Source: a bacterium (GTDB lineage Bacteria; Patescibacteriota; Minisyncoccia; UBA6257; GWB1-50-10). Taken from it: 64,000 nt of DNA. The position numbers and the translations under genes were made by a program. A model generated the notes under the pieces. It did no database searches. It saw only the letters and a list, made by a program, of their open reading frames with translations, and was not told the origin of the DNA. The stretch covers positions 10,894 to 74,893 of the forward strand of contig JAUSKB010000026.1 of assembly GCA_030647415.1 (NCBI GenBank), read 5' to 3'. Below, piece by piece: positions 8,651 through 17,131 of this stretch (position 1 is the stretch's first letter; every line of letters starts with the position of its first letter).

Positions 8651-8917
8651 ATGTGCACACGACGTATGAACGGCAACACCGGCTGCTACATGCACCTCTC
8701 GAAAATCCGCATCTATCCTCCCTGCACGGCCCACCAGATGCCACTGGTCCCGCCCGTCCACTCGCAAGCCGAACTTCGAGAGCAAATCGCCGAAGGGCGC
8801 CGCCGTGCCGAGGAACAGACCGCACGTCTCCGCAAGAAAGGCATCCTGCCACACGCCAGCCCACCAGTTCATCAAAAGGTTTCGGAGCTTCCTTCTATAA
8901 AAGCTCTCCATACCTGA
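8651..8917 (+). CDS. Hypothetical small protein
   Basis: SD AGGAG upstream; Cys/His-containing N-terminus and a helical EQIAEGRRRAEEQ segment. Confidence 0.55.
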   Translation: MCTRRMNGNTGCYMHLSKIRIYPPCTAHQMPLVPPVHSQAELREQIAEGRRRAEEQTARLRKKGILPHASPPVHQKVSELPSIKALHT

Positions 8918-8982
8918 GGCCACGAGAAACGCTCGTAGCTTCAGCAATGGAAAATTCATAACTTAATATGGGAGGAATTAGT

Positions 8983-9405
8983 ATGGGAACAATCATTCAT
9001 CCTTGCGAAGTACCCGGATGCCCAATCAAAGGCGAGGCTTCAAAGATGTTCAATCTGAAAAAGCTGCCGGGAAAGCCGCTCGTCGTCGTCTGCGCGAAGC
9101 ATGCACGGATGGCGCGGAAAGAGGGTGTAAAGGCATACAACCTTCAGAGCACCTTCGAGTACGAGGCGGAACGGGTCAAGGAGCGAGAGGGGGCCGCGGC
9201 GTTCATTCGGGCGCACAGCCGGACGAACGGCCGCGGGTACGGAATGCGGGAGCTGGCGAAAATCAACGGAAACGGCAACAAACAACGAAAGGAAGTGCGC
9301 GATGAGAAAGTTCCCATTACGAATCCCCCTCTCCAAGAAACCGGGGAGGGCGCAGGGAATGAAGCGGGGAGCGAAGGGGTACGACCGCACGCGCTCGCGG
9401 CGTGA
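8983..9405 (+). CDS. Hypothetical protein with putative Zn site
   Basis: SD GGAGG; CEVPGC...CAKH. Confidence 0.7.
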   Translation: MGTIIHPCEVPGCPIKGEASKMFNLKKLPGKPLVVVCAKHARMARKEGVKAYNLQSTFEYEAERVKEREGAAAFIRAHSRTNGRGYGMRELAKINGNGNKQRKEVRDEKVPITNPPLQETGEGAGNEAGSEGVRPHALAA

Positions 9406-9422
9406 GGTTCGAAAAGAAGTGC

Positions 9423-9501
9423 GGGGCGATGGCTAGCATTGCCCCTACACTCGAGGTCATCACGGAGACGCCGTGGTGGGCTCGACGGTAGAAAATAGAA
9501 C
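9423..9501 (+). repeat. Two-hairpin leader motif, copy 2
   Basis: GGGGCGATG/CATTGCCCC then TACACTCGAGGTCATCACGGAGACGCCGTGGTGGGCTCGACGGTAG. Confidence 0.9.
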
Positions 9502-9521
9502 TTTTATAAAAGGAGTTTCAT

Positions 9522-10004
9522 ATGCGACAGAAACAGAAGGAGTACTTACGTACACTCGGATTTCCAACGAGCGGCGGAAAGGATGAGCTCATCGACCCCG
9601 CGGATGGCACCATCAATGCAGATGTCGTCGCAAAACGCATCTTCAAGTTCGCGCGCGGCAAGCGGATTATGGTCGCGTTCCACGAAGAGGCAAGCGGACC
9701 ACTCACGGTGATCGAGGGAAGGCTAGACTGTATCGCAAACATCTTCGGGAGTCATCTGGAGCTTACACAGGTGAAGCTGCTCCAGGGAGATATAGCAACA
9801 CTCGACCGTATACACTACCAGCGGGCGGGGGAACGCCAAAAATTCCTCTTCTGCTGCGCCGACTTCGCGAGGAGACATGACCCATCGAAGGATGATTTGC
9901 TTGTGGTGGACATCTCAACCATCTCGCACATCAACATGGACGGCGAGCGTATATACGCGTGCGTCCCGGTTGGTGACAGGTGCGTGCTCCGATTCGGGAG
10001 GTAG
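9522..10004 (+). CDS. Hypothetical protein
   Basis: SD AAGGAG; 160-aa ORF between repeat copies 2 and 3. Confidence 0.75.
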   Translation: MRQKQKEYLRTLGFPTSGGKDELIDPADGTINADVVAKRIFKFARGKRIMVAFHEEASGPLTVIEGRLDCIANIFGSHLELTQVKLLQGDIATLDRIHYQRAGERQKFLFCCADFARRHDPSKDDLLVVDISTISHINMDGERIYACVPVGDRCVLRFGR

Positions 10005-10010
10005 GTACCT

Positions 10011-10094
10011 GGAGCAATCGCGAACAGCGCGATTGCTCCTACACTCGAGGTCATCACGGAGACGCCGTGGTGGGCTCGATGGTAGAAAATGAAC
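10011..10094 (+). repeat. Two-hairpin leader motif, copy 3
   Basis: GGAGCAATCGCG/CGCGATTGCTCC then TACACTCGAGGTCATCACGGAGACGCCGTGGTGGGCTCGATGGTAG. Confidence 0.9.
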
Positions 10095-10119
10095 CTTACA
10101 AATAAAAACAGAGGAGCAT

Positions 10120-10728
10120 ATGGCGTCGTGTGATCGATGTAAACGGACGTATGAGGATATTTACGAGGGTTGTACCGGAAATCAGGGATGGGGATGTGCA
10201 GCGTCTGCTGTAAAGCGGGACGGGAACATCTACGTCAGCGCTGGGTACGGATCAAAGTTCGACCTTTGCCTAATCAAAGTGGTCGGAGAAGAGGGAGTGG
10301 GAGTTTCAGTTGGCATGGAGATCTGCGACGCGTGCATCGAGAAGTTTATCAAGGAGGGGGTGGCAATCCACGACCATGCGTTCTGTGATCGCGTCCTCGA
10401 GGAACGTTGGCGAGCAGGCGAGCACAGCCCCACAGAGGAGATTGACCCGTTCACGGCAGCATGTGGAGGCATCACGAACGTCACTCCAATCGTCTGCCCG
10501 ACGTGCGGCAAAGACGGGGTGTGGCGGGACTGCAGGTTCTGCTGGTGCTGCGGAGCGCCGAACGTGTGGTTCGACGAGGGGGAATTTCCGGAGTCACCGG
10601 AGGCGCGGGCAGACTGCAAAGCTGGGCACCCGTGCATCAAAGAGGATGCCGCGGATGATCCCGAGGTCAGGCGTATGTACGCAGAGCGTCCGTTCTGCCT
10701 CGACTGCGGGAAGAGAATTTTCGAATAG
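10120..10728 (+). CDS. Cys-rich multi zinc-ribbon protein
   Basis: SD GAGGAG; CDRC, CDAC, CPTC, FCWCCG, FCLDCG. Confidence 0.75.
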   Translation: MASCDRCKRTYEDIYEGCTGNQGWGCAASAVKRDGNIYVSAGYGSKFDLCLIKVVGEEGVGVSVGMEICDACIEKFIKEGVAIHDHAFCDRVLEERWRAGEHSPTEEIDPFTAACGGITNVTPIVCPTCGKDGVWRDCRFCWCCGAPNVWFDEGEFPESPEARADCKAGHPCIKEDAADDPEVRRMYAERPFCLDCGKRIFE

Positions 10729-10730
10729 CA

Positions 10731-10755
10731 AACCCCCGACCATCGGTCGGGGGTT
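10731..10755. terminator. Hairpin between convergent genes
   Basis: AACCCCCGACC-ATC-GGTCGGGGTT. Confidence 0.55.
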
Positions 10756-11065
10756 ACTCTGTTCGAGCGTCCATTCGTGCGGCGCGAGCTGCCCTTGGTG
10801 AGAAGAATTCGCCAGTGAACTCCTTCGCACCCGCGCGCTTGAACGCGCGCGATTGCCACAAAATCTGCACAGATAATGATTCCCCGCGGAGTTCCGTGAG
10901 TTCATTCTCAAAACATTCAGCGCCGTACGACCTACCCCGGCGCGGCTTCGTAAGAACGAGAAAGCGCCGTTTCCCCGCTGGATCGCGATGTCGCTCTCCG
11001 AACTCCGCCCCGCGTTTTCTACCAAACGCCATTGTGCGCACCTGCGCCTCCGTCATTTTTTTCAT
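10754..11065 (-). CDS. Hypothetical basic protein
   Basis: SD AAGGAGG upstream of ATG on the minus strand. Confidence 0.55.
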   Translation of the reverse strand: MKKMTEAQVRTMAFGRKRGAEFGERHRDPAGKRRFLVLTKPRRGRSYGAECFENELTELRGESLSVQILWQSRAFKRAGAKEFTGEFFSPRAARAARMDARTE

Positions 11066-11132
11066 ACAACCTCCTTAATATTCTGCATATGGTTGTAGCA
11101 CCAAACGACTCTGGTGGCAAGTACTACCGTTT

Positions 11133-14100
11133 CTATTTTGCGAGCCACAGACGGACCGGCATACCATCGAGCGTTGTTGCCGCCTCCGCGTCGAAGCGCC
11201 TCGGGACGCCGAACGTGAGCGCGGACGCCCGGACCTCGCGGCACACCAGCTTGGTGTCACGTGTAAGGATGAACCGGAGCTCCTCCGGCACCTCGACCGC
11301 GAGCGCGATCGGGTCCCGCGGCGAGAGCTTCGCGTCCTGCCGGAGCTCCTGAACCGCGCGGACGAACTCGCGGCGCCACCCCTCCTCTTTGAGTTCGTGC
11401 GTGATGACGGTGTCGAGCACCACCGGCTCCGAGATATTCGGATCAAAGACAATCTCCTTCACATTGACCTCATCCTTGAGGAGTTCGAGAAGTTCTGCTT
11501 TCCCCTGCAGTGTCCGGCCTTTCGCCGTTAGGCGAGATAATACCTGCCGGACCTTTATACCCGCCGTGGAACGAGCGGCGAGCCCCGCGCTCGCGAGCCG
11601 CCGCACCTCCGCCATGTCGGTGATGAGCTGTTTGTTGTCCCTCGGCTTCGCTCGGGCCGTTCGAGGCTCTGAGGAGCCCTCAGGCTCTCGAAGAGATGGT
11701 GAGCTTGTCGAACCATTTGTTGTTTGTCGTTTGTTTGCTGTCGGCCAGTCGGCAAGGTGCACCGAACGGTCAGCCTTCCCGGACACGAGCGATCGGTAGA
11801 GCGCCTCGGCGAAGAATGGGGTGAAGGGGGCGAGGAGCCGCGCAGTCGTCACGAGCGCGTACCCGAGGACCGCGGACGCTTCCTGGTGGTCAAGATCAGA
11901 GTCGGGATGCTGGAGCCGGCGGCGTGAACGCCGTATGAACCACCGTGAGAGGTCGCCCACGAACTCACCTACGACCCGCGCGGCGCCGCCGGGGTCGTAC
12001 GCCTCGAGCGCTCCGGTCGCCGCGGCAATCGTCTCGTCGAGCCGCGCGAGCACCCACCGGTCGAGCACATGTGTCGCTTTTGGTTGCTTGTTTGTTGTCC
12101 CTCGCTTCTGCTCGGGATGAACCATTTGTTTGTTTGTTTGTTGTCGGTTATTCCCATACGTCGCGAAGAACACAAACGAGTTGTAGAGGATACCGAACAG
12201 CTCCCGGCTCGCCGTCGCGAGGTCCCGTTCGTCGAACCGCTTCGGCTCCCCCGGCGGGTTCACGATAAAGAAGTACCAGCGGATGGCGTCCATACCGTGG
12301 GCATCGGCCGCGACCCAGGGGTCCACGGTGTTCCCCTTCGACTTCGACATCTTCTGCCCGTTCTTGTCGAGCACGTGACCCATCGAGATGACGTTCTTGA
12401 ATGGGGCCTTCTTGCCGAGGAGGGTCGCGACGGCGAGGAGGGTGTAGAACCAGCCCCGCGTCTGGTCTATGGCCTCCGAGATGTAATCCGCCGGGTAGGG
12501 TAGTTTCTGTATACTCGTCTCTTGTCTCTTGTCTCTGACCCGTTGTTGGTTGTCAGTCGTAGGTTGTCGGTTACCAAACGGGTAGTGCGCCTGCGCAAAC
12601 GGCATCGCACCGGAGTCGAACCAGACGTCTACTACGTCCGGGATGCGATGCATTGTCCCGTCCCGCTTGGCGGGATCTCGCGAAGCTCGACACTTCGCGC
12701 AGGGGTAGGTCACCTCGTCGATGTACGGTCGGTGAAGGTCGAGTTCTCCAAATCGGTTCCGCGGAAGCGGGATGGGTTCCACCTCACGCGCCTTGCCTTT
12801 CATCGGGTACGAGCCGGAGTCTGCAGCTTCCTGAGCCTCCGTATTCGTCCATCCATGCATCGCCGCCTCAAGCATCCAAAGTGGGTCGCCATGACTTACC
12901 ACCACGATGGTCTTGTTCTGGTGCATTCTATCCACTTCCGTAATGAAATCGTACATCCGGCGGCGGACGTCATTGCGCGACTCCCCGCCCTCCGGCGCCA
13001 CCGCGAATCCATCGGGGGCATTCTTACAAAGGAGGACGTGTTCATCCGCAGACCTGCCGTTCAGAATGCCACAACGAAGTTCCTGCAATCGCTCATCGGT
13101 TATAACCTTCGTAATCCCCGCCGCTGTAGCGATGAGCGTTGCAGTCTCTTGGGTGCGCTGTAGGGGCGAGGCGTAGACAGCATCGACACCCTCTTTCGCC
13201 AGCTTCAGAGCGGTTGCCTCTACATCGGACCGGCCTTTCAGGGTCAAATGGTAGCCTTTCTGTATCGGCAAGCAATCCAATAGTCGTTCAAGGTTGCTCT
13301 CCGCCTCGCCGTGCCGCACGAGGATATACCGGTTCGTTGATTTCGGAAGCTTCGCCGAAACCTCCGCGATGCTTCCCAACACCTCCGTGTGCGCGCACTG
13401 CTCGCACCGCCAGACCGGGAGCGGCGTCCCCCAGTACCGCGCGCGGGAAATTGCCCAGTCCTTCACCTCGCGGAGCCACTCGCCGAACCGGCCGTCCTTT
13501 AGATGCGCCGGCACCCAGTTGATTGTCTGGTTCGCCGCAATGAGCTTCTCGCGGAGCGAACTCATCCGGATGAACCAGGAGGTGCGGGCGTAGTAGATGA
13601 GCGGCGTCGAACAGCGCCAGCAGAACGGGTACTCGTGCGCGATGGTCTCGCGCTTCAGGAGCGAGCCCTGCTTTTCGAGCGCGGCGATGATTGCCTCCGT
13701 CGTCTCCTTTTCAATAACGGGGTCCTTGTGTTTCACCGTCCGTCCCGCGAACTCCGCCACATCCTTCGTGAACCGGGCCTGCTCGTCCACCGTATGGTGC
13801 TGGGGGAGCCCCACCTTCACGCCGAGCTGGTAGTCATCCTCGCCATACATAACCGCGGTGTGGACCACGCCCGTGCCGTCCGTCGTCGTCACGAACCCCG
13901 CCGGATAGACCTGGTACGCCGCCTCTGTCTGGAGCGGCTTCACATCGAAGAGCGGGTGATATCGCAAACCTTCAAGATAACTTCCTATAAAAGTCGAAAG
14001 CACTTTGTGGTAGGGGTTATCCTTGAACTTATGCTGAACCAGATTCGGATTAGCGCTTGGAACTCCGGGCATAGTCCATCGTTCATGAATCTCTTGAGCT

Positions 14101-14897
14101 AATATGACTTTCTCCTTCCCATTCTCGTGTTCGGCGATTACGTACTCAACAGCAGGTTTGACTGCGAGCGCTACGTTCCCCGGGAGTGTCCAGGGCGTCG
14201 TGGTCCACGAGAGGATGTAGGTCCGGTCGTCAGTTGTGAAGTTCCCGATTTTCTGGCCCTTTTCCAGTTTGAATTTCACATACACCGACTCATCATTCAC
14301 CTCCTTATATCCCTGCGCGAGCTCATGGGTGGAAAGCACCGTGCCGCACCGCGGGCACCACGGGACTACCTTGCGGCCCTCGAAGAGGAGCTTCTTGCGG
14401 TGAATCTCCTTCAGGATCCACCAGAGCGACTCCATGTATGTCGCGTCGTAGGTGACGTACGGGTGTTCCATGTCGAGCCAGAAACCCATCCGCTCGGTGA
14501 GCCGCTCCCACTCGTCCTTGTACTTCCACACCGAGGTGCGGCACGCCTCATTGAACTTCTCCACGCCGTACGTCTCGATGTCCCGCTTGGACTTCAAACC
14601 AAGCTGCTTCTCCACCTCGAGCTCCACGGGGAGACCGTGCGTGTCCCACCCGCCCTTCCGGGGCACGCGGAACCCCCGCATCGTCTTGTACCGGCAAATG
14701 ACGTCCTTGAAGGAGCGTGCGATGACATGGTGGATGCCGGGCCGGGCATTCGCGGTCGGTGGTCCCTCGTAGAACACGAAGGTCTTCTTCGCCGGGCGCT
14801 GGGCGATGGATTTCTGGAAAATCCCGTTCAGTTTCCAAAACTTGAGGACCTCCTCCTCGATCTTCGGGAGTGAGAACGACTCGAGATGCTTCAGCAT
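11133..14897 (-). CDS. ileS: Isoleucyl-tRNA synthetase (type 2-like) with inserted histidine-phosphatase domain and repeat-derived insertions
   Basis: YEGPPTAN, GWDTHGLPVE, WTTTPWTLP, GTGVVH, DWAISR, DQTRGWF, KMSKS; start taken at MLKHLE. Confidence 0.95.
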   Translation of the reverse strand: MLKHLESFSLPKIEEEVLKFWKLNGIFQKSIAQRPAKKTFVFYEGPPTANARPGIHHVIARSFKDVICRYKTMRGFRVPRKGGWDTHGLPVELEVEKQLGLKSKRDIETYGVEKFNEACRTSVWKYKDEWERLTERMGFWLDMEHPYVTYDATYMESLWWILKEIHRKKLLFEGRKVVPWCPRCGTVLSTHELAQGYKEVNDESVYVKFKLEKGQKIGNFTTDDRTYILSWTTTPWTLPGNVALAVKPAVEYVIAEHENGKEKVILAQEIHERWTMPGVPSANPNLVQHKFKDNPYHKVLSTFIGSYLEGLRYHPLFDVKPLQTEAAYQVYPAGFVTTTDGTGVVHTAVMYGEDDYQLGVKVGLPQHHTVDEQARFTKDVAEFAGRTVKHKDPVIEKETTEAIIAALEKQGSLLKRETIAHEYPFCWRCSTPLIYYARTSWFIRMSSLREKLIAANQTINWVPAHLKDGRFGEWLREVKDWAISRARYWGTPLPVWRCEQCAHTEVLGSIAEVSAKLPKSTNRYILVRHGEAESNLERLLDCLPIQKGYHLTLKGRSDVEATALKLAKEGVDAVYASPLQRTQETATLIATAAGITKVITDERLQELRCGILNGRSADEHVLLCKNAPDGFAVAPEGGESRNDVRRRMYDFITEVDRMHQNKTIVVVSHGDPLWMLEAAMHGWTNTEAQEAADSGSYPMKGKAREVEPIPLPRNRFGELDLHRPYIDEVTYPCAKCRASRDPAKRDGTMHRIPDVVDVWFDSGAMPFAQAHYPFGNRQPTTDNQQRVRDKRQETSIQKLPYPADYISEAIDQTRGWFYTLLAVATLLGKKAPFKNVISMGHVLDKNGQKMSKSKGNTVDPWVAADAHGMDAIRWYFFIVNPPGEPKRFDERDLATASRELFGILYNSFVFFATYGNNRQQTNKQMVHPEQKRGTTNKQPKATHVLDRWVLARLDETIAAATGALEAYDPGGAARVVGEFVGDLSRWFIRRSRRRLQHPDSDLDHQEASAVLGYALVTTARLLAPFTPFFAEALYRSLVSGKADRSVHLADWPTANKRQTTNGSTSSPSLREPEGSSEPRTARAKPRDNKQLITDMAEVRRLASAGLAARSTAGIKVRQVLSRLTAKGRTLQGKAELLELLKDEVNVKEIVFDPNISEPVVLDTVITHELKEEGWRREFVRAVQELRQDAKLSPRDPIALAVEVPEELRFILTRDTKLVCREVRASALTFGVPRRFDAEAATTLDGMPVRLWLAK

Positions 14898-15029
14898 GAT
14901 GTATAGATATTCTACCGAAAGAATGTACCGAGAGCCACTGTGGCGGGCTAGCGCTTGACGCGCGATATAAAAAGTTGTAATAAGAGTACAGACGGATTTT
15001 CCCAACAAACCACAATATAAGGAGGGCGT

Positions 15030-15398
15030 ATGAGTAGACGAATGTGCTATAGCGTACTTCTGGGAGCTCTTGGAATCACGCTAGCCATCTCGCTTGCGGG
15101 GTGCGAACGGTGGAAAACATTCCGATTCTCATTCAGTAATCGGACGGTGAGTGCCATCGTCGCGAAAATTGACGGTGAGCGGCTCGGCGAGGTTGGGGCG
15201 GGCGAGACACGGCAGTTCGAGCACGAAATCAGAGTGCTTGAGTCATCGCCGACAGGGTACGGGCAAACGGACGAAGCGGAGGTGACGGCTTCCGCAGAAA
15301 ATCTGCGGACAGGGAAAGTGACGCGAGAGATGCGCCGACGCGTGTACCGCGACCGGGTGAACCACTTTGATATCAACACCTGGGACTTCTCGCCATAA
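15030..15398 (+). CDS. Putative lipoprotein
   Basis: SD AAGGAGG, signal peptide with LAGC lipobox, beta-rich mature part. Confidence 0.75.
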   Translation: MSRRMCYSVLLGALGITLAISLAGCERWKTFRFSFSNRTVSAIVAKIDGERLGEVGAGETRQFEHEIRVLESSPTGYGQTDEAEVTASAENLRTGKVTREMRRRVYRDRVNHFDINTWDFSP

Positions 15399-15438
15399 AA
15401 TGAAAACGGCGCCGCTCATGCGGCGCCGAAACTGTTTC

Positions 15439-15867
15439 TTATCCGGCTTTGGGGCCTCGGAAAACCCACCAACAAAGGATTGCGCCATAAAAGATTTCCA
15501 TGCAGGAATCTTTCCTTGAACCGGGCGCCTGCTGGGCATGCTGGGCAAGTGGAACGAGCAGGTCTCCATCCCGCTCGAACACGCTGTCCTTGATCGTATC
15601 CGTTCCCAACTCATTGAAGCTACGCAGAGCCTCCATGAATGTTGCTACGTTGATTGTGTTGGCTCCTAACTCGAGCTGTTCCCGGAAGAATGAGTACAAT
15701 ATGACAAAACCGTTCCTCCAAGGATTCGATTGGTCTTTGATACACGCGGTGATGGTGGGCTGTTCCGACATGAACCGCCTCACTCGGTTAGTGAGCTTCT
15801 CTCCGTCGGCAGAGGCATTCAAAAATACAGCGAACAACTCTCCCAACGCGTGTTTTGCCTTCTCCAT
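15439..15867 (-). CDS. Hypothetical protein
   Basis: SD AAGGAG, TTGACA promoter upstream on the minus strand. Confidence 0.65.
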   Translation of the reverse strand: MEKAKHALGELFAVFLNASADGEKLTNRVRRFMSEQPTITACIKDQSNPWRNGFVILYSFFREQLELGANTINVATFMEALRSFNELGTDTIKDSVFERDGDLLVPLAQHAQQAPGSRKDSCMEIFYGAILCWWVFRGPKAG

Positions 15868-15980
15868 TCAACATCTCCTTGTGAAAAAGTGGATACGGGT
15901 GAATTATTTTCTCCGAACATCATAAGTCTTAAATATTAGATTTGTCAATAGCAGACTTCCGGCCGCAAAAACAAAATAGC

Positions 15981-16014
15981 CCGCCGCTCGCTACTACTCG
16001 CCACCCAGCAAAAA
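15981..16014 (+). repeat. 34-bp direct repeat, copy 1
   Basis: CCGCCGCTCGCTACTACTCGCCACCCAGCAAAAA. Confidence 0.9.
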
Positions 16015-16063
16015 TGAGTTACTAAAATTGTAAGCCAACCCTAAAAAGATATATACTACTGTA

Positions 16064-16546
16064 ATGAAAAACTTACTTAAAGTTTCCTCGGCATTAGCAA
16101 TCGTGGCTGGTCTTGTGCTGGTCACGGGTAGTATTTGGGGCATTTATTTTACATACAGAAACATTGCTCAAGAGAAAATTGTAACTCCAGCTGATTCGTC
16201 CATCCCAGAAAAGCCGGTACGTGGACCTTTGACGCTTAAAGCGCAGGCTGACATTATCCGAGAGCATACGCTGAAAATGACTGGTGGAAAAACATATGCT
16301 GAAATGCCTCGACAAATTGTAAAACTAGAAGAAAACAACCAGCCGGTATTGGGCGATGACGGCAAACCCGTCATGGTGGCAAATACCGCGCGGGATATCT
16401 GGATCACGGCAACAACCCTAACCACAGCTCTTCATCTTGGCATCCTCACGTATGTATTTTCCGGCCTTATCCTATTGTTTGGCCTTATCTCTATCTGGAC
16501 GGGCATTGTGTTTTACACTTTGAGCCGAAGAGGAAACTTTGCATAA
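16064..16546 (+). CDS. Hypothetical two-TM membrane protein
   Basis: N- and C-terminal hydrophobic helices, QADIIREHTLKMTGGKTYAEM; AT-rich. Confidence 0.8.
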   Translation: MKNLLKVSSALAIVAGLVLVTGSIWGIYFTYRNIAQEKIVTPADSSIPEKPVRGPLTLKAQADIIREHTLKMTGGKTYAEMPRQIVKLEENNQPVLGDDGKPVMVANTARDIWITATTLTTALHLGILTYVFSGLILLFGLISIWTGIVFYTLSRRGNFA

Positions 16547-16665
16547 ATTTTCGACCGGAATTTTTGGCGGTGATCATTCTGGCATTGTTACAATATTTTC
16601 AAGTAATTTGAATTGGGTGTGGGGGAATTCCGCCATTCCTTTGCAAAAAATAGAGGCCAGTCCCG

Positions 16666-16699
16666 CCGCCGCTCGCTACCACTCGCCACCCAGCAAAAA
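16666..16699 (+). repeat. 34-bp direct repeat, copy 2
   Basis: CCGCCGCTCGCTACCACTCGCCACCCAGCAAAAA (one mismatch to copy 1). Confidence 0.9.
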
Positions 16700-16752
16700 A
16701 CACCGCAGTTCTACCGCGGTGTTTTTCTGTGACTCGTGGCGGAGGATTTCGC

Positions 16753-16992
16753 TTAAACCAATCGCTTATTTCTGAATGCAAAGCCGGAGCTGGATTTTAA
16801 ATATCGCTCAAAATCATAGGCCATCATCTTCTCCATGAAAGCTCCGTACCAGACAATTTGGTATGGGGCTTTTGCTCTCGTCGACTTCGTTTCTCCAGAA
16901 TTATGCTCCTTCAGCCTGCTTCTGAGGTCGGCAGTCACGCCTATGTAGTAGCTCTCGTCCACTTTGCTCCGCAAGATGTAAACGTACCACAT
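16753..16992 (-). CDS. Small GIY-YIG nuclease-family protein
   Basis: WYVYILRS...YYIGVTADLRSRLKEHN...FERYLKS. Confidence 0.9.
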   Translation of the reverse strand: MWYVYILRSKVDESYYIGVTADLRSRLKEHNSGETKSTRAKAPYQIVWYGAFMEKMMAYDFERYLKSSSGFAFRNKRLV

Positions 16993-17131
16993 GGTTGAAT
17001 TATACTCCCCCACTTCGGTGAACCTACGCGGGGTCCACCACCCCACGTCGCTAAAGCTCTGCGGGGTCCACCACTTCGCATTTCGCAGTGCTACGCACCG
17101 CGAAGCCCCCTCCGGTAAGGAGGGGGCGAAG

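Noticed and set aside
8539-10094. Three-copy repeat as a CRISPR array or integron attC sites
   Set aside because: Spacers are 500-800 bp genes, no cas genes or integron integrase nearby, and no RYYYAAC...GTTRRRY boundaries
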